The translations under genes were made by a program, and so were the position numbers. A DNA stretch of 37,376 bases from a virus: positions 1-37,376 of the IMG/VR virus record IMGVR_UViG_3300027632_000001. The stretch is one strand, 5' to 3'. Positions within the stretch are counted from its first letter, which is position 1. The number at the start of each line of letters is the position of its first letter. Below, piece after piece: positions 24,530 through 32,449 of the stretch. A model generated the notes under the pieces. That model was not told the DNA's origin. It did no database searches and saw only the letters and a program-made list of their open reading frames with translations.

Positions 24530-24838
24530 ATGTACCTACGCATCAACAAGACGAACCTTACTGAAGACCAACGCACTGAACTGGATCGACGTAAGGAACT
24601 GGTCAACCAACGTGAGGAACGTACCATCCGTAGACGGGTGTGGGTTGACGACCTAGAGGTTACTGCCCTGTTGGGTGGTGAGGTGAGCGAGGAACTAGAG
24701 GCAGCTAAGGCCGACCTAAACCGACATGAAGAACGCCTGACGCAGGCTCGAGTCCACCTCCAAGAGTACCTCCTGTCCATCGCATCCATCGGTAGTCGCC
24801 TCGGGTGGCTCGTGAGGTGGGCCCTGGGTAGCCGCTAA
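24530..24838 (+). CDS. Early hypothetical protein (102 aa), charged coiled region
   Basis: In-frame ATG 24530 after GGAG (24519-22). Confidence 0.6.
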   Translation: MYLRINKTNLTEDQRTELDRRKELVNQREERTIRRRVWVDDLEVTALLGGEVSEELEAAKADLNRHEERLTQARVHLQEYLLSIASIGSRLGWLVRWALGSR

Positions 24839-24854
24839 GTCACTGATAGTAGGT

Positions 24855-24870
24855 GGGAGAGGGACCTCCC
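24855..24870 (+). promoter_or_regulatory. GGA-loop hairpin GGGAG-AGGGAC-CTCCC
   Basis: 5-bp stem, hexaloop AGGGAC. Confidence 0.6.
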
Positions 24871-24894
24871 TAAGTGTATGTCTAGAAAGGGAAT

Positions 24895-24916
24895 AGTTGG
24901 AGGCCCTCCTATAGAT
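24895..24916 (+). promoter_or_regulatory. Phage RNAP promoter candidate phiA (AGTTGGAGGCCCTCCTATAGAT)
   Basis: One of four near-identical 22-mers. ...CTATAGA core resembles T7/SP6-group promoters. Confidence 0.7.
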
Positions 24917-25050
24917 ACAAGATAGGATAAGGCTTAGGTACCTGAAGTACTAAAGACTATCTTAGGTTCTCTCCTCAGTCACACATACCTACAGAATATA
25001 TACCTTTAGATATAGGATCTGTAGGTGTGGGTAATGTAGGCAGAACCATA

Positions 25051-25082
25051 GACACCTAAGGACACCTAAAGATACACCTAAG
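25051..25082. repeat. Three tandem 10-11-bp repeats GACACCTAAG
   Basis: GACACCTAAG GACACCTAAA GATACACCTAAG. Confidence 0.85.
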
Positions 25083-25120
25083 ACTAGGACGTAGACTCCT
25101 ACTTAGGATGTAGATCCCAA

Positions 25121-25161
25121 CCTAAGGCCACCGCTCGGCGTTCCGCCTCGCTCGCTCCGCC
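25121..25161 (-). repeat. GC-rich 40-bp element, copy D (inverted)
   Basis: CCTAAGG...CGCTCGGCGTTCCGCCTCGCTC is the reverse complement of copies A and C. 16 bp upstream of the -35 of P15. Confidence 0.85.
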
Positions 25162-25176
25162 CCACCAAGAAAACCC

Positions 25177-25205
25177 TTGACACCTGAAGACACCTAAGCT
25201 ATCAT
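25177..25205 (+). promoter_or_regulatory. Sigma70-like promoter P15 for the RNAP gene (TTGACA-N17-TATCAT)
   Basis: Spacer consists of two more GACACCT(G/A)AG repeats (25179-25198). Confidence 0.65.
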
Positions 25206-25237
25206 CTCCCGGTCAGACAGAAGAACATAAGGAACAC

Positions 25238-27595
25238 ATGAAGATGAACACACTTATCGAACGGCAGATGGAACTTGAAGATCAAGCCATGGCCCTGACC
25301 CAAGGGAAGATTGGCGATCAAGAGTACATCGACGGGCCCATCGGGCAGGTGGTTACCGGCAGGCTGATCCCTGAGGTGGCCTTGAGTATCGAAGCTACGA
25401 TAGCTGAGGGCTGGTCTAAGAAGAAACCCCGAGAGGACACACCACACTTTGTCCTTAAGGAAGCCAAGCCTGCTGACCTCGCCTTGCTTGCTATCCGCAC
25501 GCTACTGGCTGCGAGCCGGATGGATACCACAGCCCTCACCACTGTGAGTGGGCAGCTTGGAGGGTACGTAGAGGAGCACCTCGGGTGGTCTGAGCTACAC
25601 CGAGGGGAGAACAAGGAGTACGTGAAGTTCATGGAGAAGGTACTCAAGCGCTCCACCTCTGAGAGACATGGTCGTGGTGTGATGAGGCACGTGATCCACG
25701 ACAAGTTTGAGGTCGAGCCTTGGTCCATGGGGATGAAGCTGAAGGTTGGGATGCTGCTGGCCTACGCTGTTGCTGATGCTAGCTCCTGGTTTGAGATCGT
25801 TACCCTGCCTCACAACAGGGAGAAGTGGATGCACCACATCAAACCTACGGCTGAGCTACTGGCTGTGATGGACGAGCAAGCGGACGTGCTAGCCCACCTC
25901 CGACCTAACCGCCCCGTCATGATCTCGAAGCCGCTGCCTTGGGAGGATGACATCCAAGGTGGGTACTATAAACTACGCACCCCTCTCGTAAGGAAGGGGC
26001 ACGTGATTGGAGGTGACAAGACTAAACTGTATGAGTCCCTTAACCGCATCCAGGAAACACCCTGGACTATCAACACCTATGTACTGGATGTGTTGACTAC
26101 GCTGAGGGATGATGGCTCCAAGGTAGGAGGCATACCACAGGCAGACGCTATGCCTATGCCGGCCAAGACCTGGAACGATGACGCCACGCCTGACCCTGAG
26201 GAGCTTAAGGCCTGGAAGCAGAGAGCTAAGGAGGTACACGAGACCAACGGACGAGCCCGCTCCAAGCGGTTAGCATTCCTGATGGCACTCAACGAAGCGG
26301 AGAAGCTGACGAAGGAAGAGGAGTTCTTCTTCCCACACAACGTAGACTTCCGAGGCAGGGCCTACCCTCTGCCAGCTACGATCAGCCCGCAAGGAGACGA
26401 CATCAGTAAGGCGCTGCTTCAGTTCAAGGAAGGCAAGCGAGTAGGTGAACGTGGTCAGTACTGGCTGGCTGTGCACACGGCGAATAGTTTTGGCTACGAC
26501 AAGGATAGCTTGGACGGACGGGTAGCCTGGTGCAACGAGAACCTGGATGAGATATACGCAGCGGTTGAGGATCCGCTGAACAACACAGAGTTCTGGTCGA
26601 AGGCGGACAAGCCCTTCACCTTCCTGGCTGCGGCACGTGAGTTCATCGGTGCCCTGATCGGAGGCCCGGACTACATCAGCCACCAGCCTATCGGTATGGA
26701 TGGTAGCTGCAACGGCATCCAGCATTTCAGTGCGCTGCTGAAGGATCCTAAGGGTGGAGCTGAGGTCAACCTAATCCCAGCTGAGAAGCCCGGAGACATC
26801 TACTCTCTGGTCCTTCGGGAGACCGAGGCACTACTACAGGATAAGGTAGAGACAGGTACTGCTGAGGAATCTACGGCCGCTAAGGCCTGGTTGGACAGCG
26901 GGCAGGTGAACCGGAAGCTAGTCAAGCGGCCGACCATGACCACACCTTATAGTGTGAGTGCTTATGGAATCCGTGACCAGCTGATGGAAGAGCTGAACAG
27001 CAGGGACGTTGACCCTAAGACCCTGGACTGCGGGTTGCTGGGGAAGGTGGTAGCTGAGGGCATCGGGATTGCGGTGCGCGCTGCACGTGACGGCCAAGGC
27101 TGGCTCATCCAGATGGCTGAGGTACACACGCAGCACGAGAAGGATCTAGTGTGGACTACACCGCTGGGCTTGGAGATCACCCAGTCGAACCGGAAGATTA
27201 AGGCAGAGCGTGCGCAGGTGACGATCGCCGGGCAACGGAGGAGGCAGCTCTTCAACAAGGCAGGTGATAAGCTGGATGTGCGGGGCCAGAAGAACGGGAT
27301 CTCGCCTAACATGATTCACTCGCTTGATGCGGCGCACATGCACTTGACCTTGGCTGCACTGCCTGAGGACATAAGCTTCGCTGCTGTCCACGACAGCTTC
27401 GGGACACACGCTGGTGATGTCGATGTACTGAACGCTGCGTTACGTGAGGAGTTCGTAGCGATGTACTCAGAGGACGTACTGGCCAGGCTGCACGCTGAGT
27501 TCGAAGAGAGACTTGGTTGCGCAGTGGAGGCACCACCTGAGGCGGGAAGCCTAGACATAGAAGGAGTACGCGAGTCCTTGTACTTCTTCGCCTGA
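25238..27595 (+). CDS. T7-like single-subunit DNA-directed RNA polymerase
   Basis: 785 aa. PIGMDGSCNGIQHFSALL, KRPTMTTPYS, AVHDSFGTH and C-terminal ...YFFA parallel T7 RNAP motifs. Confidence 0.95.
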   Translation: MKMNTLIERQMELEDQAMALTQGKIGDQEYIDGPIGQVVTGRLIPEVALSIEATIAEGWSKKKPREDTPHFVLKEAKPADLALLAIRTLLAASRMDTTALTTVSGQLGGYVEEHLGWSELHRGENKEYVKFMEKVLKRSTSERHGRGVMRHVIHDKFEVEPWSMGMKLKVGMLLAYAVADASSWFEIVTLPHNREKWMHHIKPTAELLAVMDEQADVLAHLRPNRPVMISKPLPWEDDIQGGYYKLRTPLVRKGHVIGGDKTKLYESLNRIQETPWTINTYVLDVLTTLRDDGSKVGGIPQADAMPMPAKTWNDDATPDPEELKAWKQRAKEVHETNGRARSKRLAFLMALNEAEKLTKEEEFFFPHNVDFRGRAYPLPATISPQGDDISKALLQFKEGKRVGERGQYWLAVHTANSFGYDKDSLDGRVAWCNENLDEIYAAVEDPLNNTEFWSKADKPFTFLAAAREFIGALIGGPDYISHQPIGMDGSCNGIQHFSALLKDPKGGAEVNLIPAEKPGDIYSLVLRETEALLQDKVETGTAEESTAAKAWLDSGQVNRKLVKRPTMTTPYSVSAYGIRDQLMEELNSRDVDPKTLDCGLLGKVVAEGIGIAVRAARDGQGWLIQMAEVHTQHEKDLVWTTPLGLEITQSNRKIKAERAQVTIAGQRRRQLFNKAGDKLDVRGQKNGISPNMIHSLDAAHMHLTLAALPEDISFAAVHDSFGTHAGDVDVLNAALREEFVAMYSEDVLARLHAEFEERLGCAVEAPPEAGSLDIEGVRESLYFFA

Positions 27596-27603
27596 GAGAG
27601 CAC

Positions 27604-27619
27604 GGCCCAGGGACGGGCC
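27604..27619 (+). promoter_or_regulatory. GGA-loop hairpin GGCCC-AGGGAC-GGGCC
   Basis: 5-bp stem, hexaloop AGGGAC. 8 nt after the RNAP stop. Confidence 0.6.
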
Positions 27620-27620
27620 A

Positions 27621-27642
27621 AGTTGGAGGCCCTCTTATAGAC
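27621..27642 (+). promoter_or_regulatory. Phage RNAP promoter candidate phiB (AGTTGGAGGCCCTCTTATAGAC)
   Basis: 21/22 match to phiD. Confidence 0.7.
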
Positions 27643-27667
27643 CCCGGAAACCTACGAAAATAAATGC

Positions 27668-27695
27668 TTGACTTCTCCCTGGCTCTGCGTATAAT
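27668..27695 (+). promoter_or_regulatory. Sigma70-like promoter P8 (TTGACT-N16-TATAAT)
   Basis: Perfect -10. No ORF before the next promoter. Confidence 0.65.
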
Positions 27696-27761
27696 GCATC
27701 ACACAGTCAGGGAGCAGGAGGCACCCACCAAACAGACCAAGAAAAAAGATTAAAAAAAGTG

Positions 27762-27790
27762 TTGACAAGGAAAGCGGACTGAGATAGAAT
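27762..27790 (+). promoter_or_regulatory. Sigma70-like promoter P9 (TTGACA-N17-TAGAAT)
   Basis: A-rich upstream tract. CTGAACGAAC box 27800-27809. Confidence 0.7.
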
Positions 27791-27839
27791 GTACACACAC
27801 TGAACGAACGCAGACACACAACAGAGAGAGACAGAGATC

Positions 27840-27980
27840 ATGACCACCACCACCACCGAGATTTTTGAAGGCCTTGAGTTTGCTGCTGATTTCCTGAAGG
27901 CCCTCGACGAAGCTGATGCTGATCAGATCCTACTTGGCGAAGAGATCGCCGCCTCCTTAGCCACCGAGCTGAGCCTGTAA
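27840..27980 (+). CDS. Small acidic protein (46 aa)
   Basis: ATG after the CA/GA-rich leader of P9. 11 D/E and 1 K. Confidence 0.5.
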   Translation: MTTTTTEIFEGLEFAADFLKALDEADADQILLGEEIAASLATELSL

Positions 27981-27995
27981 CAACGAGACATACAC

Positions 27996-28070
27996 ATGAC
28001 AACGATCTACGCCTTCCCACAAGACATCGAAGATGCAGTGGAAGACAACCAGAACAGCGACGAGACATAG
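27996..28070 (+). CDS. Possible acidic micro-protein (24 aa)
   Basis: GAGACATACAC-ATG context like other early genes. Very short. Confidence 0.25.
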   Translation: MTTIYAFPQDIEDAVEDNQNSDET

Positions 28071-28081
28071 GAGATAGAGAC

Positions 28082-28270
28082 ATGTACTACGATATCGAAA
28101 CCCCCGAGATGAACCTGATGGAACTTGAGTTCGACGCTGACTTCCGCGCCGACTACGAAGACGAAGGGCCTGAGGCCAGCTTCGAAGAGGAATACTACAT
28201 GGACACGGACGTTGGATGGTTTGACTTCACGGATGAAGAGATCGCGATGATGTACACCGACGTAGCCTAA
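28082..28270 (+). CDS. Highly acidic protein (62 aa), DNA-mimic candidate
   Basis: 22 of 62 residues are D/E, with a single basic residue. Confidence 0.65.
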   Translation: MYYDIETPEMNLMELEFDADFRADYEDEGPEASFEEEYYMDTDVGWFDFTDEEIAMMYTDVA

Positions 28271-28286
28271 CACTGAGAACAGAGAG

Positions 28287-28730
28287 ATGAAGAACAACGA
28301 AACCGAAGTTGAAGCCTTCACCGAGGCAGAGTACGCGGAGTTCATGAGCGAGATGCGAGAGTTAGCCGACGAGCTAGGGTATTCCCCGGAGCTCGACCTA
28401 AGTGAAGGGCAGCTCGATGTTCTGTTGGAAGACGAGCCCACACTAGAGAAGCTTGAGGAAGCCGGATGGGAAGACTTCTTTAAGTTCTTGGATGAAGTGG
28501 CTGAGTCCGTAGGCTACTACGCCTCAGCTCCTTACACCGAAGAGCAAATCGACATCCTGCTGTCGGACAAACCCACCTTGGAACAGCTCGAGGATGCTGA
28601 CTACAAGGCTTACCTGAGGGTACTTGACTTCCTCCACTTTGATCGTCGAGGTTTCGTCATCGAAGACCTGACGGAAGAAGAGTACGACGCCCTGTACATA
28701 GGTGATGTCGCCGGACGCTTTACCAAATAA
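28287..28730 (+). CDS. Acidic protein with internal duplication (147 aa)
   Basis: 42 of 147 residues are D/E. Duplicated GY..(E)Q(L/I)D(V/I)LL.D.PTLE.LE module. Confidence 0.7.
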   Translation: MKNNETEVEAFTEAEYAEFMSEMRELADELGYSPELDLSEGQLDVLLEDEPTLEKLEEAGWEDFFKFLDEVAESVGYYASAPYTEEQIDILLSDKPTLEQLEDADYKAYLRVLDFLHFDRRGFVIEDLTEEEYDALYIGDVAGRFTK

Positions 28731-28786
28731 CTGACGGGGCTGCGGCCCCTTACCCAGACAACGCACAACATCAATCGGAGATTAAC

Positions 28787-29410
28787 ATGCCTAAGAACAA
28801 GACCTATGCTACCCCTAAGTCCACCGCCGTCTTCCCTTGGATCACCAAGCCTGACACTCGGTTCGACGCAGCCGGCACCTACAAGACTGGGCTGGCTTTC
28901 GAAGAGGACGCACCCTTCCTGGCTGAGCTGGAAGAGATCGTAGAAGCAGAGAAGGTTAAGCTCCGGAAGTCCGGCAAGCTGACGAAGGCGAAGGAGGGTC
29001 GGTTCCACATGCCGATCAAACCTGAGACCACCAAGAATGCTGAGGGAGAATACGAAGAGACAGGCCGCCTAGTCGTGACCTTCAAGTCGAAGGCTCAGTG
29101 GCCAGATGGTAGCCCGAAGGAGATGAAAGTCTTCGACGCTAAGGGCAAGGCGATGAAGGGAGTTAACGTCTTTGGTGGTGCTGAGATCAAGGTAGCCTTT
29201 AGTGCTAGCGGATACAGCCATGGTGCTAACGTAGGTGTCGCCCTCTACATGAATGCGGTACAGGTTATCAACCTGGCTAGCAAGCAGGACACCGGAGAGT
29301 CCTTCGGGTTCGGAGTAGAGGAAGGTGGGTACGAGTTCAAGGAAGCAGATGCCGAGGACGAATCTGCTGAGGACATCATCACCACTGAAGCTGACGACGA
29401 GGAGTTCTAA
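28787..29410 (+). CDS. ssDNA-binding protein, T7 gp2.5-like
   Basis: 207 aa. N-terminal ...AVFPWITKPD... and acidic C-terminal tail ending ...EADDEEF (gp2.5-type tail with terminal Phe). Confidence 0.8.
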   Translation: MPKNKTYATPKSTAVFPWITKPDTRFDAAGTYKTGLAFEEDAPFLAELEEIVEAEKVKLRKSGKLTKAKEGRFHMPIKPETTKNAEGEYEETGRLVVTFKSKAQWPDGSPKEMKVFDAKGKAMKGVNVFGGAEIKVAFSASGYSHGANVGVALYMNAVQVINLASKQDTGESFGFGVEEGGYEFKEADAEDESAEDIITTEADDEEF

Positions 29411-29417
29411 CTCAACC

Positions 29418-29445
29418 GGCCCCAAGGATGGGGCCTTTCTTATTT
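29418..29445 (+). terminator. Intrinsic terminator that is also a GGA-loop hairpin (GGCCCC-AAGGAT-GGGGCC + T-rich tail)
   Basis: 6-7-bp GC stem, then TTTCTTATTT. Confidence 0.75.
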
Positions 29446-29455
29446 GGAGAGCACT

Positions 29456-29845
29456 ATGATAGAGTTCACACTGAACACTAAGCCAGTCCCCTGCCCCCGC
29501 CCTCGCGTCACACGCTATGGCCGGAGCTACTACCCCAAGACCTACACAGCCTGGAAAGCTGAGGCCACCAAAGACCTACCAAAGAACCCAGAGTTCTTCT
29601 CCGACCCAGTCCGGGTCACCATCTCAAACGTCATCCCCCAGTTCAAGACCAAGGCAGCCGCCGCTAAGAACAAGCAACCCAAGGGAGACGTTGACAACTA
29701 CGCCAAGTCTGTACTAGACTTGATCACCTCAGCGAAGTCCCCGATCTGGGACGACGACGACCAGGTAGTAGAGCTGCTGGTGACCAAGCGATTCGCAGCT
29801 GACGGCGAGGAACCACACACCGAAGTCACCATCGAAAATATTTAG
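29456..29845 (+). CDS. rusA: RusA-family Holliday junction resolvase
   Basis: ...KPVPCPRPRVTRYG.SYYP..Y..WK... and KGDVDNYAKSVLDLIT...IWDDDDQVV typical of RusA. ATG 29456 after GGAGAG. Confidence 0.8.
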   Translation: MIEFTLNTKPVPCPRPRVTRYGRSYYPKTYTAWKAEATKDLPKNPEFFSDPVRVTISNVIPQFKTKAAAAKNKQPKGDVDNYAKSVLDLITSAKSPIWDDDDQVVELLVTKRFAADGEEPHTEVTIENI

Positions 29846-29853
29846 GAAAACCC

Positions 29854-29882
29854 TTGACACGGACGTCACCTTCCATTATCAT
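29854..29882 (+). promoter_or_regulatory. Sigma70-like promoter P10 (TTGACA-N17-TATCAT)
   Basis: CTGAACAAAC box 29892-29901. Weak hairpin TGAC-ACGGAC-GTCA at 29855-29868. Confidence 0.65.
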
Positions 29883-29916
29883 AATCCCGAGCTGAACAAA
29901 CACCGAGGAAAACAAA

Positions 29917-30027
29917 ATGTCCAAGATCAAGACTACCGTTGAGTTCACCATCCTTCTTCTCGCCAGCGGCACCTTCGCCTACAGCGTGGCCGTCCTGGCC
30001 GAGGCCCTCTACCGCACCTTCGGGTAG
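29917..30027 (+). CDS. Membrane micro-protein (36 aa)
   Basis: ATG after GAGGAA. ...FTILLLASGTFAYSVAVLAEAL... Confidence 0.4.
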   Translation: MSKIKTTVEFTILLLASGTFAYSVAVLAEALYRTFG

Positions 30028-30039
30028 GAGACACACACA

Positions 30040-30672
30040 ATGAACAAGCCAAAGCTCTGGCAAGAGAAAGACCTGAAGGGAATCTGGGACGTGACCCGCA
30101 AGCTGGACGGAGTCCGGATGCTGCGGGACGAGGACGGCAACCCCGTCAGCCGCAACGGCAAACCTCTGTACAATCTAGAAGGTATACCCGCTGACATCAC
30201 CGACGCGGAGATCTTCATCGACAACTGGGAGACCACGGTGTCCCGAGTCCGGAGCCACAACGGCGAGCCGGTACCAGCTGAGGCAGCCTACACTATCGAG
30301 CCGCTCGACCCCAGGCTATACCTCAAGCGCTTAGCTAACCCGACGGTCACCACCATCAAGGAAGAATTGACCCTGGCCCTGGCCCGAGGAGAGGAAGGGC
30401 TGGTGCTGAGGCAGGGAGACAAGTGGTTGAAGGTCAAGCCGAAGGAGACCTACGACGTTGAGGTGACAGGTGCAACGGAAGGCAAGGGTAAGTTCGCTGG
30501 TCAGATCGGCGCGCTCATCACACCGATGGGCAATGTCTCCGGGTTCAACGACTACCTTCGCCGTGAGTTCACGAAGGAACTCCCGAAGCTGATTGAGGTA
30601 GAGGCCATGGGCCTGACGCCTCGAGGTAAGTTCCGCCATCCCCGCTTCGTGCGAGTGAGGTTCGACAAATGA
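30040..30672 (+). CDS. ATP-dependent DNA ligase, unusually small (210 aa)
   Basis: Motif I RKLDGVR (Lys21), EGLVLR (IV), WLKVKP (V), RHPRFVRVRFDK (VI). Confidence 0.8.
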   Translation: MNKPKLWQEKDLKGIWDVTRKLDGVRMLRDEDGNPVSRNGKPLYNLEGIPADITDAEIFIDNWETTVSRVRSHNGEPVPAEAAYTIEPLDPRLYLKRLANPTVTTIKEELTLALARGEEGLVLRQGDKWLKVKPKETYDVEVTGATEGKGKFAGQIGALITPMGNVSGFNDYLRREFTKELPKLIEVEAMGLTPRGKFRHPRFVRVRFDK

Positions 30673-32345
30673 GTATACATGGAGATGTCACCCGCCGGGC
30701 CGAGTGCCCGAGCTGCGGCAGCACAGACAACGTCGCGGTCTATGAGGATAACTACGAGAAGTGCTTCGGCTACGGCTGCGAGTACTTCAAGATGCCGGAC
30801 GGAGAGAGACCAATGGAACAGAAGAGTAAGCCAGGAAGTAAGGCACACGAGCGTAGTCAGGTAGAGGATCCCATCATCGAGGACCTGCCGGCACGCGGAC
30901 TGACTGAAGAGACAGCGAAGAAGTGGAGCTACGAGAAAGCAACTGTGCACGGGAAGAAGGCGCAGGTAGCGAACTACTACAAGGACGGGAAGTGGGTATG
31001 CGCGAAGGTCCGCTTCAAGGGTAAGGAGTTCCGGATGATCGGCGATGGCGGCGACGCCCCACTGTACGGACAGCACCTCTGGCGCGACGGAGGCAAGCAC
31101 CTCGTGATCGTCGAGGGAGAGATCGATGCGATGTCGGTGTCCCAGATACAGGGACATAAGTGGCCGGTCGTGAGCCTACCCTCTGGTGCTGGCGGAGCAG
31201 TCCGCTCCGTACAAAAGAACTTAGAGTTCGTCGAAGGATACGACAGGGTTGTGTTGATGTTCGACGGGGACGAGCCGGGCCAGCAGGCAGCTCGTGACGT
31301 AGCTGAGCTACTCACACCGGGCAAGGCGCACATAGCCCAGCTCCCCTTGAAAGACGCGAATGAGATGTTGAAGGCAGGCCGCAGCGCTGAACTTATCTCA
31401 GCGTTCTGGGATGCGAAAGTGCACAGGCCTGATGGCATAGTGTCGGGTGCAGACTTATGGGATGACATCGTAGCAGAGCAGCCCGGTGCGGGGATCGAGT
31501 ACCCTTGGTCTGGTCTCAACGAGAAGCTGCTGGGCATCAGGCCTGGTGAGTTGGTCACGGTGACAGCTGGTTCGGGCATCGGTAAGTCCACGTTCGTACG
31601 GCAGTTGGCTCACCACCTTGGTACCAACAACGGACAGACCATAGGATACATCGGGCTAGAAGAGTCAACGCGGAAGACAGCGCTTGAGTTGATGAGCGTT
31701 CACGCCAAGAAGAGATGGAGCGTAGACTTCAGGCAGCACGCCGACCTCACCAGTGAGGAGCAGGCTGAGCGGAAGCAGGTGTTCGACGAGGTACTGGGTA
31801 CCGGAAGGTTCCACCTTTACGATCACTTCGGCTCAACCAACTCTGATAGTCTGCTGGCTAAGATACGCTACCTCATCAAGGGATGCGGCGCTCGGTTCGT
31901 AGTCCTAGACCACCTCAGTATCGTGGTCTCAGCGATGGACGACGACAGCAAGCTGGACGAGAGGAAGCTCCTGGACAAGACGATGACAAAGCTTCGGACC
32001 TTGGTGGAGGAGACAGGCGCAGGACTCATCCTGGTGTCGCATCTCCGTCGGCCAGGCGGAGAAGGCAAGGGTTGGGAGCGCGGCCGAGAGGTAGCACTGT
32101 CTAGCCTACGTGGGTCCGCCGCCATCGAGCAGCTCTCAGATGTGGTGCTCGGGTTGGAGCGGGATCAGCAGCAGGAAGGAAGCCCGGTCGCTCTTCGAGT
32201 GTTGAAGAACAGACCTATAGGTAGGACAGGCATCGCCACCTACCTGAAGTATGATGAGGAGACGGGGCTATACGAGGAGACGGAGCCCCCTGGTGATAGC
32301 GACGCGGCGGTCTTCATGGAGGAGAAAGATAGCGGCGACTTCTAA
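30669..32345 (+). CDS. Bifunctional DNA primase/helicase, T7 gp4-like
   Basis: Zn-ribbon CPSCGS...CFGYGC, TOPRIM LVIVEGEIDAMS, Walker A GSGIGKST and DnaB-like C-terminal region. Confidence 0.93.
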   Translation: MSIHGDVTRRAECPSCGSTDNVAVYEDNYEKCFGYGCEYFKMPDGERPMEQKSKPGSKAHERSQVEDPIIEDLPARGLTEETAKKWSYEKATVHGKKAQVANYYKDGKWVCAKVRFKGKEFRMIGDGGDAPLYGQHLWRDGGKHLVIVEGEIDAMSVSQIQGHKWPVVSLPSGAGGAVRSVQKNLEFVEGYDRVVLMFDGDEPGQQAARDVAELLTPGKAHIAQLPLKDANEMLKAGRSAELISAFWDAKVHRPDGIVSGADLWDDIVAEQPGAGIEYPWSGLNEKLLGIRPGELVTVTAGSGIGKSTFVRQLAHHLGTNNGQTIGYIGLEESTRKTALELMSVHAKKRWSVDFRQHADLTSEEQAERKQVFDEVLGTGRFHLYDHFGSTNSDSLLAKIRYLIKGCGARFVVLDHLSIVVSAMDDDSKLDERKLLDKTMTKLRTLVEETGAGLILVSHLRRPGGEGKGWERGREVALSSLRGSAAIEQLSDVVLGLERDQQQEGSPVALRVLKNRPIGRTGIATYLKYDEETGLYEETEPPGDSDAAVFMEEKDSGDF

Positions 32346-32350
32346 AGCAA

Positions 32351-32387
32351 AAAGCCTTGGCCTTCGGGTCAGGGCTTTCTTGCGTTT
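32351..32387 (+). terminator. Intrinsic terminator (12-bp stem with UUCG loop, A-tract/T-tract flanks)
   Basis: AAAGCCTTGGCC-TTCG-GGTCAGGGCTTT then CTTGCGTTT. Confidence 0.7.
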
Positions 32388-32392
32388 AGGGC

Positions 32393-32421
32393 TTGACAAC
32401 GGCGGGGTGACCTAGTAGTAT
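32393..32421 (+). promoter_or_regulatory. Sigma70-like promoter P11 (TTGACA-N17-TAGTAT)
   Basis: Between the terminator and the DNA polymerase gene. Confidence 0.65.
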
Positions 32422-32449
32422 CTGCCCTACCCAAAGAGGAGAGAGACAA

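Noticed and set aside
27694-27753. 19-aa ORF (MHHTVREQEAPTKQTKKKD) between P8 and P9.
   Set aside because: Its ATG overlaps the -10 hexamer of P8, so it would be absent from the P8 transcript. It has no RBS.
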